NCBI GenBank assembly: GCA_022813865.1
Contig: JALDZX010000034.1
Location: 62,001 to 126,000, forward strand
Source: Xylographa opegraphella
Taxonomy: Eukaryota
DNA length: 64,000 bases
Reading direction: 5' to 3'
The position numbers and the translations under genes are program-made. Shown here piece by piece: positions 50,054 through 62,911 of this stretch (position 1 is its first letter; each line of letters begins with the position of its first letter). The notes under the pieces are model-generated. The model was not told the origin of the DNA, did no database searches, and saw nothing but the letters and a program-made list of their open reading frames with translations.

Positions 50054-50551
50054 ATGGATGCTGGTGATTGGTGGGGACGGGGATAGCATAGCGAGGGTCA
50101 CATGCATTGCTTTTGGAGTTTCTCAAGAAAAGTGGATCGGCAAGTCCAAGATGGAAACAGCGTGCCGGCCTTCACTCCTAGATGCACAATGCAGTGTAAG
50201 GTTTGTTCTGCAAAGCCAATGTAGCTAATGATAGACGACGGATTTGCATAATGTCCAAACCAAGTGCCTTGATCTAATGAGGTCGTGCGCTCTCTTTTGT
50301 GAAATCTGCTCCGGACTAGGTAATAGGTCAAATCAGGCAACGAAAACGCGGTCAGGTCAAACTTACATTGAGATAAACCTTGGGCAGTCTTCGAAGTTTG
50401 CAATCTTTCTGTGCTCCTCTGAGTCACTCCAGCCTTCGCACAAGTATTAAATGCTGAGCGATCCCCCTTGAAAAGTCATGTTCGTGGTCACTCACAATAC
50501 GTTAAAACTCATTGATCGTATCCTGCTGGAATAGGTGAACTTCAATCAACC

Positions 50552-51106
50552 ATGGAATTGCTTCGGGACTGCCGTTCCTCCATATCCAAACGAGTCCTTG
50601 ATAAGCGCCGGCCTCGATCGCTGAGAGGAAACACCGACGCAAATGACGTTCAACAGTCATTGCCCCCTCCTGCCTACTCCGCCAATGAGCAGCGCGATAG
50701 TGTCGGTAGGAGACCTGAAGCATTGGCAGTGGAGGTTGGCGAGAACACAATGACTGCCAATGAAAAGATGGCCGATGCTACCAGTGGGAGACCTGGAGCA
50801 TTGGCAGTGGAGGTTGGCGAGAAAAAAACGGATGCCAAGGAAACGATGGCCGATGCTATGCATCGTAAAGAAATGAAAGACGTACTCCGAGTGTGCTGCG
50901 TACAAGACTACTTACTTCCAACGGAATTTGGGTCGGGCCCTTCTACTTTAGAAACCTGGGGCTTGAAGTTTACCGCCGGCTACCTGACTTCTGACAATCT
51001 TCGACTGCTCTTGACCGAATGGAGAGCAGGGGGACAAAGCCGGGAGACCGTAGAACGCAATCAAGAATTTCAAATGCGCTTTATAAAACAGATCAAAGGC
51101 ACTTGA
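50552..51106 (+). CDS. Orphan ORF with an internal 26-aa duplication; possibly decayed
   Basis: 184-aa ORF with a PPPAYS motif and a duplicated RPxALAVEVGE...MADA segment. The downstream frame is broken. Confidence 0.4.
   Translation: MELLRDCRSSISKRVLDKRRPRSLRGNTDANDVQQSLPPPAYSANEQRDSVGRRPEALAVEVGENTMTANEKMADATSGRPGALAVEVGEKKTDAKETMADAMHRKEMKDVLRVCCVQDYLLPTEFGSGPSTLETWGLKFTAGYLTSDNLRLLLTEWRAGGQSRETVERNQEFQMRFIKQIKGT
50709..50858 (+). repeat. 78-bp tandem duplication
   Basis: ggagacctg(a/g)agcattggcagtggaggttggcgagaa...atggccgatgcta at 50709 and 50787. Confidence 0.9.
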
Positions 51107-52452
51107 TTTGGACTTGCAGGGAATCGGTTAAAGGTTGCCATTCCCGAGCGGTCACTCCTATCTTTTAGGTTGTTTGTCTCATGGTAGTTGGAGCCACTTG
51201 GCTCGAGCGCTGCACAACGACAAGCGGACTATCAAGAGAATTTTCCATCATTCAGGTCCGGATGGCAAGAGGGTTGACCTCTTCAGGGCACTTGAGGGAC
51301 TTCGCCTTTATGTGCAGAATCGGTATTTTGACAAGCTTGTCAGTCCTACTGATTTCACGCCGAGTCTGATCGCACTAAAGTTTCACGAAAAGCATGCATT
51401 GAGCAGAATGAGACGATAGTCTAGTTGAATTGATGTATCCAATATAGATGTATTTATTCGTCCAGTGTTTCAATACCTTGTCAATCATGACTGCCTGAGT
51501 GACACCTACAATTGCATAGAAGCGTTAGCCTATGTAGAAGAGAACTATGCGTAGCCCCAAAATCAACAGCAATACTCGGAAATAGTCTAGGAGGTCTGCT
51601 TGAGCCCAGACGAGCGTCACTCAGCGCAATGAGACATACGCGGTGGTGTCAGAATAAAGAAGTTTTGTACATTCATCGTGGGCGATCAAGCTCCGCTGCT
51701 ACTCATTGTATGTCTTCATCGCCACCAAGTGTTTCCTGAGATTAAAGAACCGGCTACGAAGGTTTCCATAAGGTGTCACTCTTCATACAAGCTCCGGCAA
51801 CAGAATTCTCTTCCATCTCGAATTTGATAGGCGAAAATTCTATAGTCGAGCGCTGACTGGAAAGCTAGCAATTATTGTAGATTATATATTAGTGGCTTTA
51901 ACAATAATATTGTATGCGTGAACCAGCACAACAGCACAACTACATGACGTCAAACATGGGGAAAACTTCTCGAGCTTGATGATTTTCTCGATCTCAACAG
52001 GAAAAAGTATTATTCAGTACAAGAAGCCAGGTACTGCAATCGAGATTCAATTTACTGAGTGAATACCATCTCAAAGCCGCACCACGGCACGGTCTGAGAC
52101 ATATTCAAGAGTTTTGTGCAGATAAAAGATAGCACTTGTAAGAAGCGGTACCGCTGACCTTCTTGGCGATATTACCTGGTCAGATAGCAACTTCTATTGA
52201 GCCAACAGAGCTTCATATAAGACTACCATAATCTTCTAATAAGGCGATTGTCTCCCTCCCTTAATCCAGGCAGCATAGTGAAATCATGTTAAGTTTCTGA
52301 GTTTCAATTTTGGGTTGCCGAGCTTGCTTAGTGCAGCCCTAGAGCTAACCGAGCCCACGATAATTTTGGCGCTAAGACGGACTTCAACATCAGAACATTG
52401 TAGAGACGCGAATCTTGACAGGCAAGCAACAGAAAGAAAGACAGTCGCTACG

Positions 52453-53383
52453 ATGGGTGAGTAAATGATTCCTCTTCTCCGATGACTGTGATGATCAGTG
52501 TCACCACCGTTGATCCCGGAATACTGCATGCACAATGAATATATAGATTTGTGTCAGGCTTCAAGCTGTCAAATCTCGAATCAGCGTTCTTGCAGCTTGT
52601 CTACCATGATTGGGACAAGCACGATTAGATTTGATAAGCTGACTATTCACCAGGTATTGATCTTGACGCCCATCACGTTCGCAGCTCTCATCGCAAAGCA
52701 CCCAAGAGCGACAATGTCTACCTCAAGTTACTCGTCAAGCTTTACCGTTTCTTGGCTCGTAAGTTGACCCTACGATTGAAGCAATTCTGCTCAAATCAGG
52801 ATCTAGAATATTGAATGCTGACCTCTCTCATCACCTTCATAGGCCGAACAGACTCTGCATTCAACAAAGTAGTCCTCCGTCGTCTCTTTATGTCCCGTAT
52901 CAACCGCCCACCCATGTCCCTTTCCCGTGTTGTGTCAGTAGGCGCACATCCACAAAAATCGACAGACCATGAAGGCAAAACTATAGTTGTCATCGGAACC
53001 ATCACAGACGACAATCGCCTCCTGGAAGTTCCCAAGGTCTCAGTCGCAGCTCTCAGATTCACTGCTACAGCTCGGGCGCGGATTGAGAAAGCTGGTGGAG
53101 AATGTTTGACTCTGGATCAGCTGGCATTAAGGGCTCCAACAGGATCAAATACTTTGTTGCTACGAGGTCCCAAGAACTCAAGAGAGGCCGTGAAACATTT
53201 TGGGTTTGGACCCCACAAAGGAAAGGTGTGTCTCCCATGTGTGATGATCTCGATTCGGGATAATCCACCCGGTTTTGGCCTGATGGCTGACATTTGGCCA
53301 CATAGAAACCATACGTTGAGAGTAAAGGACGGAAATTCGAACGTGCCCGTGGAAGGAGAAGGTCGAAGGGTTTCAAGGTTTAG
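52453..53383 (+). CDS. RPL18: 60S ribosomal protein L18 (eL18), 4 exons
   Basis: MG-intron(52457-52653)[50 protein letters not shown] and [19 protein letters not shown]. Confidence 0.97.
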
Positions 53384-53740
53384 GTGGTGTCTGCTTGAGC
53401 GGACTCATCATGACATGCTGGCACGATGGACACTGGAGAACGTTGTGGATGCTACATTTACTTAGAAAAGTATGAAGTCGGTAGCCACCAGAAGTGCAGA
53501 TACAGAACATGAGGCAACCTTAACAGCTTGCTTTTTACATATACTTCTCATGCATCTGGTGACCTTCGCAGCAGACCGACCACTTTTCGGGACAACTTTG
53601 CATCTTATGAGCGTTGCAATTGGAACAGGATTGCGACTATATAGGATGGATTATGTCAACAGCCCCACTTCAGTCTGTCCAAAGAAGTAGATTGCTCGGT
53701 TGTTCCATTATCTTTGCGGCCCTGTGCCCCCTCGTGATGG

Positions 53741-54779
53741 CTATCCCTCTACTCCTTCAGATAGGTGTCGAACCACTGCACGGCCTGATAGAAAGCCTGC
53801 TCCTTGCCAAACTTGACCTCCTTCTTCTCCATGTCGCCCCGAACGGCGAAGCCGTGCTCGACACCGCTGTACAGCGTCATCTGATACGGCTGGCCGACCT
53901 CCTTCAGGATCGCTTCGGTCTCGTGGCGCTTTTCCGCCGGGAAGATCTGGTCGGTTTCTATGCCATCGCCAGCACGTCAGAAGCCAGAACCGGGAACCAA
54001 GCAGCTTGGGGGAGCCCAAACTCACCGGCGGCGGCAATGCTCAGCGGCCCCTTGATGCCCTTCAACTCGTCCGCATCCACGAAACTCGGGTGCGCCGTGT
54101 AGCCCACGTCGACGCCCTTGGCCGCAAGCTCGCGCACGACGTACTTCCCGCCGAAGCAGTACCCCACGGCGCCGACGCGCTTGGCGCCGACCGTCTCGCG
54201 CAGGTGCTTGACGAACTTCTTGATCAGCGGCTCCGTGCGGTCGACGCCGTGGTTCTTGATCCAGCTGGGGAAGTCGAAGTCGGCGGGCCGGTTCATGGAG
54301 ATGGGGTCTCCGAAGAGGACGTCGGGCATGTAGGTGAGGTAGCCGTTGGCGGCGAATTGGTCGGCGATCAGCTGCGCGTTCTCGAAGCGGTGGCCGATGA
54401 CGTCGGTGATGAGGAGGATGGCGACGGCGGGGTGGGGAGAGGAGGGGCGGGCTATGTAGGTTTCGGCTGGGGATGGTCAGTTGGGTTGAAGCAGAAGTGG
54501 TCTTGGGTGAATTGGATATGCAAGATTGGAGATCGTAGTAGCTGAAAGGCTTGTGGGAGACGGAATGGGAAGTTGTCCGATTGCCTTTCCAGCGATCTGG
54601 TTTGGTCGAAGTGGGCAACATGTCGTCGGATGCAATCATACGTCCCAGTCCTGGTATATGCTGTGATTCCGTAGTAGAGAAATGAGCATACTCTCTTCCA
54701 CCGTCTCCATCTTGCCCGCCGGCGTTCCTTCATGCTTGACCCCAATGGTGCAACATTGAGCAGGGGCGTAGGAAGTCAT
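53741..54779 (-). CDS. Dienelactone hydrolase family protein (AIM2-like)
   Basis: MTSYAPAQCCTIGVKHEGTP, NAQLIADQFAANGY, GAVGYCFGGKYV, AHPSFV and YSGVEHGFAVR. Confidence 0.9.
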
Positions 54780-55283
54780 GCTGTGATATTCCCAAAAGCC
54801 CTTGTTTCGTTTGATTTAATACAGTGAATGAAAAGGAATTGCGTGAGCTGCTGCTTGATCAAATCAAATCACCAAGCAGTAAAAGGGCTGAGGTTAACAA
54901 TTTCTCCATTTTACCCCCCCACAATGCCCCTCGTTCGGAAAGTCTCTCGTGCCGAAAGTCCGAAGGTGTCTGTGCCACTACTAACTGAACAAAGACGAAT
55001 GTGGATTCCAGTGTAAAAAAAATGGATACTTAAACATGGGTACTTTGATCTCGTGGATTCTGTGTAATTTCTGGTCGGAATTGAAAGCGCATGCATGGTA
55101 TGTAGTGAGCACATGCAGGAACGGGGGAGCCGCCTGTCATACATTTGACATGCATCGCACGAGAACACAAATTGAAACCGGCAGCTCACGATATTTTGAT
55201 CGGGGGAACCGCACTGTTGTATTGAGTCCATCATTGGGGCATCAACATTCAGTATTACACCCCTATGTAGCGCAGTCAACAGA

Positions 55284-56893
55284 CTAGGCCAGTGGTAAGC
55301 TCTCATGCTTCCACGGCCTCTGTCCTTCTCCGCCCCCATAGTCTCCACTGACTTGCCCCTTGCCTTTGATCAAGTACTTGTAAATCATCAACCCCTCAAG
55401 ACCAACAGGTCCTCTCGCGTGAATCTTATTCGTGCTGATGCCTACTTCTGTTCCAAACCCAAACCGCATCCCATCCGCCATCCGAGTGCTTGCATTCCAG
55501 AAGACGCAGGCACTGTCGACGCCAGCTTGAAAGCGATGTGCTAGGGTCGGAGATGAAGTGAGGATGGCATCCGTATGGCACGATGAGTGGGTATTAATGT
55601 GGTCCACGGCAGCATCCACCGATGCGGTCGAGTCGGGAGCAGATATGCATTTGACTGCGAGAACCAGGGAGAGAAATTCGGTCTTGTAGTCGTCTTCGGT
55701 GGATGGCTGAAGGATAGCTCCTAAATGCGTAGGAAGAGTGGACTTGAGAGCAGCCAGAGAGGCGGCATCGCAGCAGAGAGAAACGCCTCTCTCCAAAAGG
55801 CTTGTGGCGACACCTGGGAGAATTGTGGTGATCGCGGCGGCTTCCACGAGAAGAGTTTCGACAGCATTGCAAGCGGAGGGATACGAGGTTTTTGCGTCTA
55901 AAATAACTTTTACACACATATCTTTGTCGGCATCAGCGGCGACATAGATGGAGCAGAGGCCATCGGCGTGTCCCAGGACTGGAATGCGCGTGTTGGATTT
56001 TATGTAGCGAACTAATTCGTTGGATCCGCGTGGAATTACAAGATCAATATATCTGTCTTGGGTGAGAAGTTCAGGGATTGTGTCGCGTGTTGTCACAAGC
56101 TGAATCGACGCGTTCGGCACGTCAGAAGCATTGAGGGCCGACGAGATGGCAGTCGAAATGGCGACGAAAGAAGCGGTGGACTCTTTCCCACCTGGAAATC
56201 CTCAGTGAACAAGCAGAGGGAGAGGAAATTGGGAATCCCATGGAAATCATACCTTTCAATATAGCTGCATTACCAGATTTGATGGCCAGAGAAGCGATGT
56301 TGGCGATGACTTCTGGTCTGGCTTCGAAGATGATCAGAAGCACTCCGATAGGGCATGTGACCCGCTCAAGCATGAGTCCCTCATCTAATCTTGTCCGTAG
56401 AGTGGTTTTGCCAACTTGGTTGTACCAGGTCTTGGGAAGCTTGCACTGCAGCTCGATGTTCAGGTTGTGATCGATGCCTCATACCCAAAGTACTATGCAC
56501 GGACTGACCGGCTGCGGTGCAAGACTTCGTACAGACCTACGGTACAGTTGATTAGACTCGGATCCACGCTGATGGTGGTACTGGATACTCACCAGGGTCC
56601 TCGAGATCTCGGACACTCAGAATACCTTGCAGCATGTCCTCCCACTTCCCCTTCCTCGACAAGTCTAGTCTACCAAGGACGCTTTGGCTGAGCCTGCCAT
56701 CTGCCGCAGCTTTGGTGGCTTCCTCCACGTCTCTCGCATTGGCGTCCAGTATAGTCCCTTTTGCCGCGAGCAGTGCCCGGTGAATTGCTGTCAGGGCTTC
56801 GTTACGTGATGTGGCAGAGAGTATCCCTAGAGTTCGAGATGCGATGGAGGCCGCCTTGGCTACTTCCTGCGGGGACGAGTTGGTAAGGGACAT
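55284..56893 (-). CDS. PRO2: Gamma-glutamyl phosphate reductase
   Basis: [48 protein letters not shown] and [36 protein letters not shown]. Confidence 0.96.
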
Positions 56894-57226
56894 CTCGCTG
56901 ATAGTAGTGGAAGGTGCGAGTCAAAGCGCACTATGTATAGAGATATATAATGGATAGATTCGAAGACAACGCGAGCCCCAGGATCCAATCCTCCCTCCAA
57001 TGGCTTGGGTGATATTTGCAATCAAGCCGAGCAGAATTTGCCTAGGTTTGGGCCCTTCACGGTGTGGATTGTAGGGCAGTGGTGGCGGGAGCACCAACCG
57101 GACGTGGAGCTTGGGGGCGGGGGCCGCCCAAGTCAGGCCCGCCGTGCGTCCCGCGGCTACCAAGCACCACGTCGTCCATAGATTTGTTGGACCAGAGTCG
57201 GAAAGACTCCGACGAATGAACCCATT

Positions 57227-58947
57227 ATGGAGGCCCTCCTGCCCCAGCTCCTCTCGTTCCCTTCCCATCCTCAGGTGCTGTCCGAGCATGAGTACGATAG
57301 GCAGATCAAGCTCCTCGTACAACTGCTGCAAGAGACCGGTGCCGGCAAGCTTGCCAAAGGAGTAGCCGGGGGGCCAGATCTGTTGGATGTGAGTGCTCGT
57401 GGTTCTCCCTCCAGGCAGACACTGTTGCTAACATGTAGACGCTTAGATCCTGGATCCTGCTATCAATACTTTACCCTACCTATACACCCTGTTAGCACAC
57501 CTTGGGGGTACTCATGATGAAAAACAGTCAGGTAACGGCCTTCTCAAGGTGTTCCAGCCCGGCAGTCCGTTATGGGAGAAGATGCTGGAGTTTGTAGACC
57601 GCTTCGATCCTGTACAAGTCAGGTATGCAGGTCATGCGTGGAGACGCCTTCTGGAAAAGATTGCTCGTGTGGGAGATCTTTCGGACAAGGTAATTGGACC
57701 AAAGCTTTCGCTGTACGCATTGCTAACCCCAAGCAGCCCTTGATGGCAATACCACCAATACGCACAGCAATCTTACGGCTTGACCCATCTGCAGCATGCT
57801 TCACCTCGAATCATCTCCTTCTTGCTAAGCTTTGTCTACAAGCCAAAGCATTCCAGGCCGCGCTCCCACTCCTTGATCGTGATGTGTTTCATATGCCCTC
57901 GAGTCCAGACAAAGTCTCGTACTTTCCATTACCGTGTGGAGATCACGAGACAAGCTCGACTTTCATCACTACTTCTTCCGGATTGTCCGACAAGCTGGCA
58001 TATCGGGACTACCTTCTGTACTTTCTGTATGGGGGAATGATCTACCTTGGCTTAAAGGACTGGACACGGGCTCTGTTGTTTCTAGAAATCGTGATCATGG
58101 CGCCTACGAGCAATGTCGCCAGCATGGTACAAGTAGAGGCTTACAAGAAGTGGGTTTTAGTTGGGCTTCTTCTAAAAGGAACGGTAGGCCTGAGCCAGAT
58201 TAAACCACACTGTGCTACTCCTGGCCGTATTCTGACCATGTTGTAGCCCATAGCTATGCCAAAGACGACGAACTCTTACGCTGCTCGGATTTTCAGGGCA
58301 ATCGCAAAGCCGTATGATACTTTGGCAGATGCTTTCAAAGAGGGTAACGGCGAAAAGCTGTATGCAGAAGTCCACGCAGCCCAGCAAACATGGAACAAGG
58401 TATATGTTCCCCTTTCTGCCTGGAGACGTATCCGCAGGGCTAAATCCTGTAGGATTGTAACATGGGCTTGGTACTTCAAGTTCTGAACGCATTCCGGCGA
58501 TTTCTGATCCTGAAGCTTGAGAAAACATATGCGGCGCTGCCAACATCTCTTGTTGCTCAGCAAACCTCACCACAACCAAGCAATATTGCTGAAACCGAAT
58601 CCTATCTTACTTCCTTGATTGCTTCCGGACAATTGAACGCTACATTGGTTCCATCTACCATACCTTCGGAGACTGCAACCTTGCGATTTGCCGTAACTTC
58701 ACATGATGGACCACTGGCTCGCTCAGAATTGCAGAACTTCAAAGACCTCCAAATGCAAACCGAGAAATTTATTTATTTGACTCGCCACATTAAAGACACT
58801 GAACGTCGATTGGAGCTGAGTAAGGATTACCTTGGGTGGGCGAGAAAGAACCCGAATCCGAAGGACACCGGACTGGGGACAACAAAGGTGGGGACGATAG
58901 GGAACGATGGGTACGGGGTGGACGAGGATATGCTGGCCGACATGTGA
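57227..58947 (+). CDS. CSN3: COP9 signalosome subunit 3 (PCI domain)
   Basis: FDPVQVRYAG, RLDPSAACFTSNH, YFLYGGMIYLGLKDW and VEAYKKWVLV. Multi-exon. Confidence 0.88.
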
Positions 58948-59213
58948 TGGTCGTCGTCTCAGAGGCCAAGCATTGATGACTTATACGCAGCGGGAATGAT
59001 TGATAGAGGCAATGATTGGTGCGGGTTCTGAGCATAGATTAGGCATACGCATAGCACAGGCGTCCACAGCAGAGATGTGTACATAAGTGGAAGGCGAGCT
59101 GGCACTGGGCATAGACCAGTGAGACAGCTGTTGCAGTCAGTCGGGCATCAGAGATTCCATTTCGATCACTACGATGCACGAGACGAACCACGCAGCAGTG
59201 ACCGTCTTCAGGG

Positions 59214-60338
59214 CTACGTGGGCGCCTTTTCTGACGCGGTGTTTGCAACTTCAATAGCAGCTGCAGTTTCACCGGTGCCGTTAACGCCCGCTGGTCCATC
59301 AATAGCCTCTTCCGCCATTCCGTCATCCTCATCGTATCCGTCCAGATCGTCGTCCTCGTCTCCCCAGCCCTCGTCACTGTCACCGCCCTCCCAACCCGGC
59401 TCTCCTTCCGCTCCGGGCCGCATCCGCCGTCGCTGTGCCCTGGTCCCACCATCAGTCCACGTCTTCCAGCCGCTGTCGTTTGGCCGTTGCCGATGATGCA
59501 AGATCACTTGATCTTGGTCCCCTCGCGCAGCTTTGAGCGCCATCAGGCGCTCGAGGAAGCGGCCTTGGCTTTGGCGCGCAATACTCATGCCGGCGGAGGA
59601 TGCCAGACGCCTTGCTGTCGCCGCTGGAGCGGGAAGTCGTTTGGGCATGGGTTGCGGTGAGTCGGCTCGGGATGTAGTGGGCGATACGACAGCAGGCCGG
59701 GTAGAGGCTGCGAGTCTGCTCGCTGCGGTAGCCGAAGGGAGGGAGGGTGCAGGGGTGGCTTGGTGTTTGGGACGGGGAATCAACTGAATCGGTTCACCGA
59801 CGAGTTTGATATTCGATGTTGCAATAACGCTGACGCCTGGAGCTTCATAGAGGGGTGGGAAAGGTATGGGGGTGTCAGGTGGAGCAAGGAGCATGTCGGT
59901 GCCAATGGTGGAGGTCCATTGGCAGGTGTAGACCTGGTTCTTGTAGGATATCACCGGTTCGCGGCTGTGGAGGTCAAGGATCTGGATGCGGTTTTCTGGC
60001 TCGGGGCTGCCAGCTGTGAGGTCTGCTTTCGGGGCAACGGGCTCTGGGGGAGCAGTGTCTTCTTGATCTGGTGTTTGGGTAGAAGCATTGTTCGGCTCTG
60101 ACGGGGCGGCTGTGGACTCCTCCGCCCTCTTTCGCTTCTTGGTGGAAGGTATAGATGGCAGGTCGAGAGTGACGAAGAAACTCTTGGAGGATTAGGGGTT
60201 GGATCGATAGCTGGTGACGAGCCCACATACCTCTGTCTCTGTCTCGTGGTACTCGTACTCCCATTCTGAGTCGCTGCCGGCTTCTGCAGGCCGTTTTAGT
60301 CCTGGATCTGCCATTTCCTGATCAATGGTGGTGGCCAT
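59214..60338 (-). CDS. Transcription factor IIIC subunit, triple-barrel domain protein
   Basis: SDSEWEYEYHETETE, then IQILDLHSREPVISYKNQVYTCQWTSTIGTDMLL. The start could be 60338 or 60314. Confidence 0.75.
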
Positions 60339-61285
60339 AATGGTATTGTCCGGACTGTAGAAGACATATAACGGCGGATCCTTGCCCTCCTTGTCTCACC
60401 TCATTACTGAAGTATCATCAATAATAGTTGTGGATATATCAGAACCAGAAGGCCTTCCGTCACTCCAAGCGTGGGCATGTATTTCACTAGCGCGTAGTTT
60501 AAGTCCTCATGCGGCTAAAGGTTTGGGCCCAGGGTCCAAGTTTGAAACAGCCTTACGGAGTACTGCGAAAAGCTTCTTCAGCGGGATCGGAGGATCACGT
60601 GCTCCGGTTCCAACAACTCCACCAACATGAGGAAACCATCGCCCATGTTTGTCAATGACTTATTCAGCTTGCCTGTTGTTGAGAAGTCGAGTACGGGAGA
60701 GGTTCCAATCGAGAAGGATGACTGTCGGTCAGCGTTCTACAGCGGTCAGCCGCATGAGGGGGCGGACTACTCCCCTCTAGCTTCATATGGACAAGCCACT
60801 GCCAACTTGCGACTTCCACATGATACAGGGGCTGCACTCATGGCTGAGCCCGCTCTGGAACAACGACACTGTTAATGCTCGCCTGCCCATCAATTGTCGG
60901 GCACTGGCTGAGCCTCAAACCCCAGCCGAACTCGTTCGCTGGCTTTCTCAAGCGTAAGCCAATCACCCATCTTACCCGACTCGAACCATGTTTAGTGTTA
61001 GCCACCGCATGAGAGTGCACCTCCCAAGCATGCCTTTCCCCAACAATCACAACTCGGTGTTGTGCTTCACCTTTCCTGTTCTTCATTTCCATACTGCCTT
61101 TCAAACTGTCTTCTCAGCGCGAGACCTCTGGTGTACTATACTCTCCCATACCTTCAGGTCTCTGGAAGACTCAGCAGAAGGCTCTCCTTCGTACACCTAA
61201 TCATATCTTGATGTCCAGGCGCCAGATTTGGAGCTCTGCTGACAACTAGGCTGGTCCGCTCTACCTTGAATATCAATAAGCAGCC

Positions 61286-62911
61286 ATGATATCGATCGCC
61301 CGGCGCTTTCTGATTGTCCTTCTCTCGCTGGTCCTTGGCTATACAAGCTTGTTTGGCCTCTACCTGTACCTGAACCCTCATGATGCGAAGCCATCTGAGG
61401 CTAGAGAAGATGCCAAGTGGATAGCCACTTCCCAGTCATGGACGGACCGGACAGCCTGCAAGTTCGTCGGCATATGTGGCGGGAATCATTGGAAAGGTTC
61501 TACACGCTGGTGGAGGCATCGGGGCAGCTCGCAGCAAGACAAGTTACAACAGCCACATAATCATAATGGAGAATGGCATGATCCGCAAATACAGCCATCG
61601 AATTGGACAAAGGAGGACCGAGTGCTTCGGGATATTCCACAATATGTCTTTGACTACGCTCCCTTGGTCCACCTGTTTTCTAGGGAGAAATATTGGCCAA
61701 GTGACATTGCGGACCACCTACACCATGTCAGTCCAAAGCGGAACTATACCAACATAGAAGAGTTAAAGCTGAATCTTACGCACCTGGCCAATCTGAACCA
61801 TTGGAATAATGGCAAATATGTATATCTTACAAGCAATGATGATCCTGAACAGACTCCGGACTGGTTAAGCAGCGGAAAGAACATTCCGTATCGCGCTACA
61901 GAGGAGGATGTGCGGGAAGATGCCAAGAAGGACCTTGAATGGGATGGCACTGTGGACGGCGAAGCCTTGGACGATGTGGCCAGAAGAGAAGGATGGTACG
62001 AAATCGGTGAAGGCAATAGTTATGGTGTGGTCAAGCGAGGGGCGATGGCTTTAAGTGAAGCGGACGCCAGCATGAACGCTCTTGATGTTGAGGCATATCA
62101 TGAAGCAATTCAAGCGCGCGACCAACATGCGTGGAGAAATCGACGAGCTGGAAAGAGCAATGCTCCCGCGATTCTGATCGTCATCGATAAGGGTAACGGG
62201 GTCGTCGATGCTTTCTGGTTCTACTTCTACAGTTTCAATCTCGGAAACAAGGTACTGAGGATACGCTTTGGTAACCATGTGGGTGATTGGGAGCATTCGA
62301 TGGTAAGGTTTCAAAAAGGAGAACCAAAAGCAGTGTTCTTGAGTGAGCACAATTTCGGTGGAGCATATAGTTATGATGCCGTGGAGAAGATAGGCAAGCG
62401 GGTAAGATTTCATGTATCAGCAACGTCTCTCGAGTCCCGCTTAACAGTCTTGTAGCCTGTTATATACTCCGCTGTTGGCTCTCATGCCATGTATGCCACA
62501 CCTGGCAAGCACACCTACATCCTTCCTTTCGGACTTCTGCACGACACTACAGACCGCGGCCCGCTATGGGATCCAGCGCTCAACGCTCATGCATACACAT
62601 ACGACTACAAGACCGATGTACTGCGGTCCTCCACGGCATCTCCATATTCCCCCACATCCTGGTTCTACTTCGCAGGTCACTGGGGTGACAAGTTTTACGA
62701 GCTTGGCGACAAGCGGCAGTACCGGTTTGCTGGCCAATACCATTACGTGAACGGGCCTTTGGGACCCAGATTCAAGAATTTGGGTCGGAAGAAAATATGT
62801 CAGGGTATGGATTCAGACCCTTGTGTCATTAAGAACTGGTTGGATGGGCCGACCAAGGCAAAGCGGTGGGTTGGTGTTGGAGAGGGAGAGAAGTGGCCCA
62901 CAGAGGAGTAG
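61286..62911 (+). CDS. VPS62: Vps62-like protein
   Basis: N-terminal signal anchor; PQYVFDYAPLVHL, DAFWFYFYSFNLG, FGNHVGDWEH and GSHAMYATPG. Intron ~62402-62455. Confidence 0.85.

Noticed and set aside
44630..54779. Two dienelactone hydrolases as a chloroaromatic detoxification module tied to the halogenase cluster
   Set aside because: Both look like widespread fungal DLH/AIM2-type genes, sit among housekeeping genes over 17 kb from the cluster, and are dissimilar to each other.
35304..56893. OXP1 and PRO2 as a glutamate/proline metabolic cluster
   Set aside because: They are separated by about 16 kb of unrelated genes, with no evidence beyond proximity.
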